Positions 1 through 7,049 are shown, counted from the stretch's first letter. The stretch: 24,000 nucleotides of DNA from Nitrosopumilaceae archaeon (GCA_035935115.1 DASYXK010000001.1:1-24000), one strand, 5' to 3'. The notes: generated by a model from the letters alone, not told the origin. Program-made: numbers and translations.

Positions 1-867
1 CATTTTACGAGCAACAAGCAGTTGAACATCAGATATATCCTCAAGCATTCTCTCTAATCTAATTGTATTATTGTAAATCTCATTTACAGCTTCCAATTGT
101 TGGGCATTTAGATTTGCAGCAACTGGATCATTAAGTGATTCGCAGTATCTCTTTATTGGTTCTAGAGGTAATTTACATTCTTGTGAAAGAGATAAATAAA
201 ATTCTTCCTTAAGCGAATTCATTTTTTGTAATTCTTCTAGTTGAATTTTTTGTCTTTCATGGTCTTGTATAACCTTCCTAGCCTCATAAATATCCGAAAT
301 ATCTCGGATTGCGGTATTGCTTCCAATTAGTTTACCCCTTTCATCATACATATTATTAGCACTTAGCAGCGCTGGAAATGCAGAACCATCTTTTCGTTTA
401 AACCAGATTTCTCTATTCTCAGCACGTCCTGTTTCTTTCCAAGATTCGAATGTGTTACGCATTTCTGTAATGCTTTGCTCTGCAACATGATCAAAAATTG
501 ATTTACCTATTACCTCATTTTTTGAAGAACCAAAGTTTTTTACATATTTTTGATTGCATTCAAGAATTATACCGTCAGTATTTACAGTACGTTGCATTAC
601 TGGTGATTCTTCATATAGAGTTCGATATTTGAGGCCATCTACAGAAGAAAGTGATTTCCTAGTTTCGACTTGATATGGTTGTGCTAAAAGAGGATTTTTA
701 TGGGTTCTACTGTTTGCCCACATGATAACTCCCCCTACAACAATTCCAGCAAGTCCAAGATAAAATGCATGATATGCATATGGAACTTTAGGATCTAAAC
801 CATAATCAATAACTGCCAATCCTATAATTATTAATAATAATCCGCCTGAAATCCCAAATGTATTCAT
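1..867 (-). CDS. PAS-domain sensor protein with a histidine-kinase-like (HisKA-like) dimerisation helix; the C-terminal part runs off the window
   Basis: Hand translation of the minus strand from ATG at 865-867 stays open to position 1 (289 codons): MNTFGISGGLLLIIIGLAVIDYG... It shows two N-terminal hydrophobic helices, then a PAS-like block (LKYRTLYEESPVMQRTVNTDGIILECNQKYVKNFG...WFKRKDGSAFPALLSANNMYDERGKLIG). A coiled coil follows, then EEFYLSLSQECKLPLEPI, which resembles an H-box. It is missing from the ORF track only because it is open at the window edge. Confidence 0.75.
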   Translation of the reverse strand, partial: MNTFGISGGLLLIIIGLAVIDYGLDPKVPYAYHAFYLGLAGIVVGGVIMWANSRTHKNPLLAQPYQVETRKSLSSVDGLKYRTLYEESPVMQRTVNTDGIILECNQKYVKNFGSSKNEVIGKSIFDHVAEQSITEMRNTFESWKETGRAENREIWFKRKDGSAFPALLSANNMYDERGKLIGSNTAIRDISDIYEARKVIQDHERQKIQLEELQKMNSLKEEFYLSLSQECKLPLEPIKRYCESLNDPVAANLNAQQLEAVNEIYNNTIRLERMLEDISDVQLLVARKM

Positions 868-1004
868 ACACTACTCCAAAAAATATTGTATGTTATATAA
901 TCCAATACGGTAATGTATAAAATAATTTTTCGAATAGCATCCCCAGTCAATAAATATTAAACGTGAAACTAGGAGATTAACTTTTCAGGTTTTACAAATC
1001 TAAA

Positions 1005-1541
1005 TCATTCTAAAACTAGAATCAAGTTATCCAAAAATTCTTGGATCCTAGTTTTTATTCCATCGATTACTTTTTTGAGTTCATTGTTTGTAATACGCGC
1101 TTCATGAATTCGCAAGTTTTTTGAGGCATGATCCATCCCATGTTTTGTTATGAATTCGTTAAATTTCTCAAGATATTGACTTGTGATTATAAGATGACTA
1201 TTGTTTTCAATTTCAGATATAGATTGATAAATTATTGATTTTCCAAAAAGTTCCAATATGTCAGGTGGTAGTGGCACCGCACTTCCATAAACATCATAAA
1301 ATAACCAATTAGTTTTTCTATACGAAGGAAGATTGTCATAAAGTTCATCCTTAGTTTTGTATAAACCAAGATAACCGTTTAATTCTAAATCTATCCATGA
1401 ATTTTTATCAGATATTACCAGGTATTTACAGATGGTTTTACATGATTGCAAGATCTCATGTAGAGATTTTTTCTCATCCAAAAGTTCTATACTTACCGTT
1501 TTTGCTAATTTTAATGCCTCATCTTTTTTATTTTGGCTCAA
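1005..1541 (-). CDS. Hypothetical protein, AbiTii-like (abortive-infection-associated helical domain), stand-alone
   Basis: 178-aa ORF in a stop-rich AT-rich context. From memory it matches the AbiTii family (PF18864) pattern: W-I-x-x-E-L-N-G-Y (WIDLELNGY), then L-P-x-Y-R (LPSYR), then QSISEIE. The start is TTG at 1539-1541 with no nearby ATG, so the start is uncertain. No HMM search was run. Confidence 0.55.
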   Translation of the reverse strand: MSQNKKDEALKLAKTVSIELLDEKKSLHEILQSCKTICKYLVISDKNSWIDLELNGYLGLYKTKDELYDNLPSYRKTNWLFYDVYGSAVPLPPDILELFGKSIIYQSISEIENNSHLIITSQYLEKFNEFITKHGMDHASKNLRIHEARITNNELKKVIDGIKTRIQEFLDNLILVLE

Positions 1542-1659
1542 GATATCAAACTATTGTATTATTGTCCATGATTTTACTTTATCTTACAGACGCACGTAAA
1601 GAGATTTTGCAAAAATCATAGTTTGTAGACAAATCAGTATAGAATAAAATTTAGGGTTT

Positions 1660-2526
1660 TTAATAATTTTTTATTAAGATTTCAGTATGTCCAGTTCTCT
1701 TCTTTGAATTTGAATTTATGAATCGATTTGTATTTATTTCTATCATATTATCAGAATATTCGGAGAATAATTCTATTACTTCTTGTGATTTGGAATTTGA
1801 AAGCATAATCTTGCAACCTTTAGAATCAAGTTTTTTAAATTCGGTAAAGAGTCTTTCCTGATCTTTGTAGTCAAAGTTATCATTTGTATAGCTAGTAAAG
1901 TTTGCAGTAGAGCTCACTGGCTGATAGGGCGGATCCAAATACACAAAATCATCTTCTTGCGCTCTCCTAAGTGCAGTAGTGAAATCTTCACATTTTATTG
2001 AAATTCCTTTTGATTGTAAAACATGACTAAGTACCTGGAGGTTTTCTTTGTTTACTATGTTTGGATTTACATACTTCCCTATTGGCACATTGAATTTTCC
2101 TTTACTGTTTACTCGGTACAGACCATTAAAACAAGTCTTGTTCAGAAATATGAGTCTTGAAACTTGGTCAATTTGGTTTTTTGGATTACTGTCTCTTACT
2201 TGATAATAATATTCTTCAGTATTTTTAAAGTAATTTTCTGAGTGTTCTTCTAATGACATTATCAGTTCATTTACCTTGTCACGAATTGTGACATATGATA
2301 GAATCAATGTGGAGTTCAAATCAGATACAAAACACTTTAGTTGTGAATTTTTAGACATCAAATGAAACAAAACTGCTCCGCCGCCTAAAAATGGTTCAAA
2401 ATATGTATTAAAATTTTTTGGAGTATGTTGTGACAATATTGGTAAAAGTTGTCTTTTTCCACCCGCCCATTTTACAAACGGTTTGGGTACAACAGATGTG
2501 ATTTGTTTGTATTGTTGTTTCAACAT
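1660..2526 (-). CDS. dam: DNA adenine (N6) methyltransferase, Dam / D12 class
   Basis: N-terminal KWAGGKRQLLP motif, FEPFLGGGAV (motif I, SAM binding) and VYLDPPYQP (motif IV, DPPY). The motif order is typical of alpha-class Dam enzymes. Target specificity cannot be read from the sequence. Confidence 0.9.
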   Translation of the reverse strand: MLKQQYKQITSVVPKPFVKWAGGKRQLLPILSQHTPKNFNTYFEPFLGGGAVLFHLMSKNSQLKCFVSDLNSTLILSYVTIRDKVNELIMSLEEHSENYFKNTEEYYYQVRDSNPKNQIDQVSRLIFLNKTCFNGLYRVNSKGKFNVPIGKYVNPNIVNKENLQVLSHVLQSKGISIKCEDFTTALRRAQEDDFVYLDPPYQPVSSTANFTSYTNDNFDYKDQERLFTEFKKLDSKGCKIMLSNSKSQEVIELFSEYSDNMIEINTNRFINSNSKKRTGHTEILIKNY

Positions 2527-2640
2527 ACAATAGTATCAAAATTTTATTTTGCACGATATGACAATAAAAGATCACACGTTGTGTAACTTTTTTTAATCAA
2601 GATAATGAGATTTTTTAAAATTAGTTATAGAATATTCTAG

Positions 2641-2674
2641 TTAGTAATAAAAATAAAGTAAAAGGAAAGGGAAG
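2641..2674 (-). terminator. Pyrimidine/T-rich tract after the amoA stop (candidate archaeal oligo-T terminator)
   Basis: The minus strand reads TAA-CTTCCCTTTCCTTTTACTTTATTTTTATTAC. Similar CT-rich then T-rich tracts follow the stops of amoX (3425-3455) and of the ORFs ending at 13302 and 13666. Confidence 0.35.
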
Positions 2675-3325
2675 TTAGTCCCACTTACTCCAAGCTGCCA
2701 TCCATCTATATGTCCACGTTGTCAATTTGCAGCCTAAAGCTGTCATTGTAACTGACAGAACAGCACCGGCACCCGCACCTAGCGCGACCGGACTATCATA
2801 GAACTTTCCAACTTGAGGTTCTATCGGAGTCATGTATGGAGGCAATGTAGTTCTTGGGTATTTGAATGCAGTCTCTAGCGGATCGTCTATCGTTATGAGA
2901 TTTATCATGTTGAACATTGGCAGAGACATTCCACAAAGCACACCACCCATTAGTATGAGAGAGTGTTTGTTCTTCTTTGTTGCCCAATATACCAAGTCCA
3001 TCAGCATAGCAGATGGAATCCAAACTGGTACAACTATGAAGCTATATGGATATCCTAGTGAGAACCACGCTCCTTTTGCAATCCATGTATACACCGTCAT
3101 TATCAGTGCATAGTAAGTTGCAGTTCCTGGAACTCCAGTGAATGTAAGGTAGTACGCGGCACCGACAGCAAGCATGAGTGTCTGTGATACTGAAAATACC
3201 ACAAATGAAGTCCATGCCCAGTCAGTATAGAATATGTAGTCTCCGGCATTAATGGTCAACAAGGTAGAGTTGACTGCTACCACTACTATAAACAAGTAGT
3301 GAGTACATCGTCTTAGCCAGACCAT
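2675..3325 (-). CDS. amoA: Ammonia monooxygenase subunit A (archaeal)
   Basis: The 216-aa protein begins MVWLRRCTHYLFIVVVAVNSTLLTINAGDYIFYTDWAWTS and ends TWTYRWMAAWSKWD. This is near-identical to Nitrosopumilus AmoA as I remember it. Confidence 0.97.
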   Translation of the reverse strand: MVWLRRCTHYLFIVVVAVNSTLLTINAGDYIFYTDWAWTSFVVFSVSQTLMLAVGAAYYLTFTGVPGTATYYALIMTVYTWIAKGAWFSLGYPYSFIVVPVWIPSAMLMDLVYWATKKNKHSLILMGGVLCGMSLPMFNMINLITIDDPLETAFKYPRTTLPPYMTPIEPQVGKFYDSPVALGAGAGAVLSVTMTALGCKLTTWTYRWMAAWSKWD

Positions 3326-3348
3326 TAGCCAGTATGATAGATGCGTTG

Positions 3349-3357
3349 TATATAAAA
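3349..3357 (-). promoter_or_regulatory. TATA box of amoA
   Basis: TTTTATATA on the minus strand, 23 nt upstream of the amoA ATG. This spacing implies a leaderless or near-leaderless transcript. Confidence 0.5.
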
Positions 3358-3455
3358 TTTTACGTAGGTAGTGGGATCAGGTTTTATACAACATCATAAT
3401 TGCTGATTTTACTTTCAAGAATCTAAAAATTAAAAGAAAAGGGGATTGAAAATTC

Positions 3456-3821
3456 CTATGCGCCGAAGAAGAAAGAGTCAGTCAAGATTGTAGCTATCGC
3501 GATAGCTGTAATGATTCCTGCAGTTGCACCATCGTATGTTCTTTCCTTCGCAGTACCCTCGGTGGTACATTTTACACACAGCAAATAACCAATGGCTTCT
3601 ATAATTGTCAACACCGTTAGAGCAAAGTGTGCGCTCGGTGGAGGATAAGCCCATGGATAATAGGTAACTGCTACAGCAACTCCACCCCATGTTCCTAACC
3701 AACTGGCAACGAAAATGCCAGTGATCATTCCAAAGAGGTTTTCTGCACGCGTACCAATCATTTTGCTTACGTCGGAACTGGAAGCTCCGCCACCAGAACC
3801 AAATCCTTTTGGTAAAGTCAT
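3456..3821 (-). CDS. amoX: AmoX, small membrane subunit associated with archaeal AMO
   Basis: Lies between amoA and amoC, as in Nitrosopumilus. It is a glycine-rich multi-TM protein, MTLPKGFGSGGGASSS... I prefer the ATG at 3819-3821 because a TTAAAAG element sits 23 nt upstream, the same spacing seen at amoA and amoC. The 138-aa version in the ORF track needs a TTG start at 3872. Confidence 0.8.
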   Translation of the reverse strand: MTLPKGFGSGGGASSSDVSKMIGTRAENLFGMITGIFVASWLGTWGGVAVAVTYYPWAYPPPSAHFALTVLTIIEAIGYLLCVKCTTEGTAKERTYDGATAGIITAIAIATILTDSFFFGA

Positions 3822-3844
3822 TTGGGTAATTATTAATCCGTATG

Positions 3845-3851
3845 CTTTTAA
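3845..3851 (-). promoter_or_regulatory. TATA-like element of amoX
   Basis: TTAAAAG on the minus strand, 23 nt upstream of the ATG at 3821. The spacing matches amoA, amoC and amt. Confidence 0.4.
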
Positions 3852-3904
3852 GTCTTTCTTAGATGAGAACAAAATGCTTTACGCATTAGGGATCTAAAAA
3901 TAAT

Positions 3905-3930
3905 AAAAAATGCGCTTTTGCGCGCCTTTT
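3905..3930 (-). terminator. Candidate terminator directly after the amoC stop
   Basis: On the minus strand: TAG-AAAAAGGC-GCGC-AAAA-GCGC-A-TTTTTT. This is a short GC stem (4-5 bp) with a 4-nt loop, followed by a T6 run and more T-tracts. It is the only GC-rich element in this spacer. Confidence 0.4.
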
Positions 3931-3931
3931 T

Positions 3932-4495
3932 CTATGGGATGGATCTACTGTACAATTTGCCTTCTAGAGCCATCTTGTACATTTCTGCAACGTATGGGTT
4001 CTCACCAGGGGTTTCTGCTCCAAGCTCGACTAGTCGTGCATATACTCTAACTACATAGGCAAGTGCGCCCATGAAAGCAACTACGACACCCATGTTAAAC
4101 ATCCAGTGGTTTGGTACTGCAAAGATTTCCTCTACATACCAGAAGTGCCACATCTCGTTTACACCTATTGTGAACATTGTTGCCAAGTAACCAAGTATGG
4201 TCATTTTAAGGCCAGTGTTCATGGAGTTGTTTGGACCCCTTAGGATAGGTACTTTTCTGTCATACATTGCCACTGATGCCCAACCTAATGGAAGAGCAAT
4301 AAAGTGACTGTATAACCACCAATGTGCTGGTGTAAATGCGCTATCTCTGATAGATGTTTGATGGAGTGAGCCATCAACGAAGTTGTCTACTTCCACTGAA
4401 GCAGCGATAGATCCCATTGCGATGACGATTAACCAGATCTTTTTCAGTCTGTGTATCTCGACTTCTTTTGGAATCAGTGCGGGCATTTGTGCCAT
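3932..4495 (-). CDS. amoC: Ammonia monooxygenase subunit C (archaeal)
   Basis: 187-aa multi-TM protein. It contains DGSLHQTSIRDSAFTPAHW, matching the D-x3-H-x12-H metal-site pattern of AmoC/PmoC. The overall sequence is typical of thaumarchaeal AmoC. Confidence 0.95.
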   Translation of the reverse strand: MAQMPALIPKEVEIHRLKKIWLIVIAMGSIAASVEVDNFVDGSLHQTSIRDSAFTPAHWWLYSHFIALPLGWASVAMYDRKVPILRGPNNSMNTGLKMTILGYLATMFTIGVNEMWHFWYVEEIFAVPNHWMFNMGVVVAFMGALAYVVRVYARLVELGAETPGENPYVAEMYKMALEGKLYSRSIP

Positions 4496-4517
4496 ACAGG
4501 ATGTGATGATATTTCAA

Positions 4518-4526
4518 TATATAAAG
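4518..4526 (-). promoter_or_regulatory. TATA box of amoC
   Basis: CTTTATATA on the minus strand, 22 nt upstream of the amoC ATG. Confidence 0.5.
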
Positions 4527-4651
4527 CATGAGTAATTAATTGATAGTTTTTTTTATATTTTATAGCAATATTGTAAACTATTATTGAAAATCATAACGCA
4601 GAATTCTCTAAATAACGAGTAATTCTTATATTAAAAAAACTGGCCTTCAAT

Positions 4652-4673
4652 GTTTATCATCAACGTTTATCAT
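4652..4673. repeat. Tandem direct repeat GTTTATCAT (two copies, 13-nt period) in the amoC-amoB divergent spacer
   Basis: GTTTATCAT occurs at 4652-4660 and again at 4665-4673, separated by CAAC. The repeat lies about 100 nt upstream of the amoB ATG. Confidence 0.6.
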
Positions 4674-4771
4674 TACCTTTATCAAAATTTTTCTCATATT
4701 TGGATTAGATCTCTCATTACAAAGGTAAAACATATATCGTTGTTCTTTCTCTGATGCATTAGTTACGTGAT

Positions 4772-5338
4772 ATGGTAGATAAGAAATTAATCGTAGCAGC
4801 ACTTGGTGTAATTGTAGCACTTGGAGCAGTTGGACCATCACTGGCTCAAATGTTCCAGCATGCAGAAGCGCATGGTGTACAGGCACAACTACAAAGTCGT
4901 TTTGTTAGGATAGATGGTGAAACATGGTCAAAACAATCTGTTCATACTGGTGAAACCCTCACAGTATCAGGCAAATTCGTTAGTCTCGTACAAAGAGACC
5001 TAAGAGGCTGGTATACTGTATATGGTGACTCTGCTAATGCAGGAAACAGATGGGAGATTGTAGCAAGAGACCCACCTGGTAACGTCATAGACATTCCAGG
5101 AAACTCGGTCATTCCTTACACATTGACAATCAGGGCTCTAGAACCAGCAGTCTATCACATGCACACACAGCTTAACATCGCAAGTATAGGCCCAGGACTT
5201 GGTCCAGGACAAACAATTGTGGTCACAGGAGATCCAATCATAAAGCCAATTCCATACACAAATGTAGCCTATCAGTCGATAATAATTGGCGTTGGTTATG
5301 TTGTAACGTTTGCAACAAGACCGTGGCAAGTGATTTAA
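4772..5338 (+). CDS. amoB: Ammonia monooxygenase subunit B (archaeal, short form)
   Basis: 188 aa. The signal peptide ends AEA, followed by HGVQAQ, which would give an N-terminal His on the mature protein. It has an HxH motif (YHMHTQ) and a C-terminal TM helix. It is divergent from amoC. Confidence 0.95.
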   Translation: MVDKKLIVAALGVIVALGAVGPSLAQMFQHAEAHGVQAQLQSRFVRIDGETWSKQSVHTGETLTVSGKFVSLVQRDLRGWYTVYGDSANAGNRWEIVARDPPGNVIDIPGNSVIPYTLTIRALEPAVYHMHTQLNIASIGPGLGPGQTIVVTGDPIIKPIPYTNVAYQSIIIGVGYVVTFATRPWQVI

Positions 5339-5444
5339 AACAAATTCCCCCTCTCTTTTCATTTTATCAAAGTCACATTGGACAATATAATCAAACTATA
5401 TTCATCTCATAATTCTGTCAAGACATTGTTGATCAATCCTGACT

Positions 5445-5708
5445 TTAACCAAACATACCAGTTGGCATACGATTGTATTTCAAAGTCCATTTTCTTACAA
5501 AGTATACAGGCACACCAACCGTTAGTGGTAAAGCAAAAATCACTCCAAATGGCCATGGAATAATCGTTTGAACCAAAGCATCTACAAGAAAAATAATCAA
5601 TTCTATAACCAATCCTTTTGTAAATTTTCTAATTCTGTAAAAAGCTATAAGCTGAGTTATAAAACTGGGGATTATGGCCAGTATCATCTGACCACGCATA
5701 CCAACCAT
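5445..5708 (-). CDS. Small integral membrane protein (87 aa), function unknown
   Basis: ATG start. Two or three hydrophobic helices (ILAIIPSFITQLIAF, LVIELIIFLVDALVQTII, GVIFALPLTVGVPVYF). An A/T-rich TATA-like element lies about 20 nt upstream. It is a more protein-like reading than the two overlapping plus-strand ORFs. Confidence 0.5.
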   Translation of the reverse strand: MVGMRGQMILAIIPSFITQLIAFYRIRKFTKGLVIELIIFLVDALVQTIIPWPFGVIFALPLTVGVPVYFVRKWTLKYNRMPTGMFG

Positions 5709-5784
5709 TTTTTACAATTGATAGCCAATGTATTTTTAGTTTTGTCTTACAGAAATTTTTAATGATGAGCATTTCTTTCAAAAT

Positions 5785-6003
5785 GTGTTGAGTAGCATTA
5801 TTCTTAAAATTGCAATAATTCTAATAATAACAGCCGCAGCCATACAAGTAATCCATGTTCCTTCAGATCATAATTCTCCAGTATTATCTATTTTTCAGAA
5901 TTCAGACATAACTAATGCATTATCAATCATCCAATACATCTTTGCCATAACTGGAATTTTCTTAATAGTCAAATTTATCATAGATAAAATATTCAAAAAA
6001 TAA
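5785..6003 (+). CDS. Possible small membrane protein (72 aa)
   Basis: GTG start and two hydrophobic helices. The composition is very AT-rich, so it could be a chance ORF. Confidence 0.3.
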   Translation: MLSSIILKIAIILIITAAAIQVIHVPSDHNSPVLSIFQNSDITNALSIIQYIFAITGIFLIVKFIIDKIFKK

Positions 6004-6019
6004 ATCTTGAATTTTTGTT

Positions 6020-6712
6020 TTAATCTTTTATTATTAGATTGTCAAAATAGGCGCCAGTGTCTTTTTTTGTCCATAAACCAGACTGTCCATTTTGATTATG
6101 TTGATCATATCTTTGAAGAAGTAATTTACCATCTAAATAACCTGCAATTCCTTGTGCAGACACATCAGCAGTTATTGTATGCCATTGACCAATAGTAACA
6201 TTTGTTTGTTTATCTTCAATACACAATAGCTTTCCAGGATCATGTCTGCATAATGAAAATAGATTATTCTTTGCATCTGCTACGAGTACAAAATAATGAT
6301 CGGGATCAACTAATCTTACAATTAATCCTGCAGCTTGATCTTTTTGTCCGGAATTAATCTTAAATTGTACACTTGTTTCTGAGTTTGTACTCACAATACC
6401 ATCAGGCATTAGTTGTATGTGATAATCAAATGTAGTATCATTATCCGGCAATTTAGCGAGCACGTTTGGTTTAGATGGTGCAGATGGATCAGATTTGACA
6501 ACCCAGAACCCAGGTTGTGCATCAGTTTGAAGATATGAGAAACCATCAGGTACAGTACCATCCTTGTAAGAATCAAAATTCCATTCTTTGGCAGTCTTAT
6601 AGGGAGCAGTTTGTATTACATTGTAATATGCAAATGTAATACCGATTATTGCTACGACTGATGCAATAGCGTATCTTTTTTTTCTTCCCCAGTGTACAGA
6701 TCTACTTGACAA
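6020..6712 (-). CDS. Membrane-anchored extracytoplasmic protein with a concanavalin-A-like / DUF1080-like beta-sandwich domain
   Basis: N-terminal basic stretch plus one TM helix (RKKRYAIASVVAIIGITFAYY). The rest is a beta-rich domain. Its C-terminal pattern GQWHTITADVSAQGIAGYLDGKLLL...GQSGLWTKKDTGAYFDNLIIKD resembles the LamG/DUF1080 jelly-roll C-terminus. The start is TTG immediately after an in-frame stop. The fold assignment is from memory of family patterns only. Confidence 0.65.
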   Translation of the reverse strand: MSSRSVHWGRKKRYAIASVVAIIGITFAYYNVIQTAPYKTAKEWNFDSYKDGTVPDGFSYLQTDAQPGFWVVKSDPSAPSKPNVLAKLPDNDTTFDYHIQLMPDGIVSTNSETSVQFKINSGQKDQAAGLIVRLVDPDHYFVLVADAKNNLFSLCRHDPGKLLCIEDKQTNVTIGQWHTITADVSAQGIAGYLDGKLLLQRYDQHNQNGQSGLWTKKDTGAYFDNLIIKD

Positions 6713-6827
6713 TTAATCTCTGCCGTTATTACCAGTTTGTGATTGATATAAACATACTAAATACCACCAAATCCAGAAATGAAATCTAATTATGTTTTTT
6801 ATTGATGGTAAAATGTGTGATTTGTTT

Positions 6828-7049
6828 TTACTTTTTCCATTTTCTTGGCTTTTGTTTTTGTTTCCATTTATCAAAGCCCCATCTGGTTGCTGCAAAGACT
6901 CCAAGTGAAAAGAAAAAGCCTCCAATCCACAAGAAGAGTGCTTTACCTGTGTAAAATCCCCAAAAGAATCCAATAGCTGCACTTACAAATTCCAATATTA
7001 CAAAAACTGCCCACCTGTCAACCATCGATAAAGACAGGTAAATCCACAT
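6828..7049 (-). CDS. Small membrane protein (73 aa) with a lysine-rich tail
   Basis: ATG start, two TM helices (WAVFVILEFVSAAIGFFWGF, LFLWIGGFFFSLGVFAA) and a KWKQKQKPRKWKK tail. I prefer it over the overlapping 6713-6982 ORF. Confidence 0.55.
   Translation of the reverse strand: MWIYLSLSMVDRWAVFVILEFVSAAIGFFWGFYTGKALFLWIGGFFFSLGVFAATRWGFDKWKQKQKPRKWKK

Noticed and set aside
1-1200. Possible GATC avoidance or enrichment linked to the Dam-family methyltransferase.
   Set aside because: I counted five GATC sites in the first 1200 nt (126, 489, 792, 1044, 1130). That is not below the rough expectation for this base composition. The enzyme's specificity is unknown and the sample is too small to interpret.
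2796-3113. Two ORFs (75 aa on the minus strand, 93 aa on the plus strand) overlapping amoA.
   Set aside because: They lie entirely inside the strongly supported amoA frame. Their composition is low-complexity and not protein-like, so they are shadow ORFs.
3385-3412. C/D-box-like half motif on the minus strand between amoX and amoA (AUGAUGU, about 10 nt, CUGA).
   Set aside because: Only one C-like and one D-like box are present, with no second half and no terminal stem. The putative guide is AT-rich, so a chance occurrence in AT-rich DNA is likely.
3822-3872. N-terminal extension of AmoX to 138 aa.
   Set aside because: It needs a TTG start. The ATG at 3821 has a TATA-like element at the same 23-nt spacing as the other amo genes, and the extension (FSSKKDLKAYGLIITQ) runs through that element.
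4503-4509. Perfect C-box heptamer GUGAUGA on the plus strand upstream of amoC.
   Set aside because: There is no CUGA within a plausible distance. It sits between the amoC TATA box and the ATG, on the opposite strand.
4647-4886. 79-aa minus-strand ORF across the amoB start and the amoC-amoB spacer.
   Set aside because: It overlaps the well-supported amoB N-terminus in antisense, and its sequence is not protein-like.
5378-5762. Plus-strand ORFs 5378-5563 and 5568-5762.
   Set aside because: They overlap the minus-strand 87-aa ORF, which has clear TM helices and an ATG start. The plus-strand products are low-complexity.
6713-6982. 89-aa minus-strand ORF overlapping the 73-aa membrane ORF.
   Set aside because: It is in a different frame over the same DNA. 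The 6828-7049 frame gives two clean TM helices and an ATG start, whereas this one gives a lysine- and asparagine-rich product that is not protein-like.
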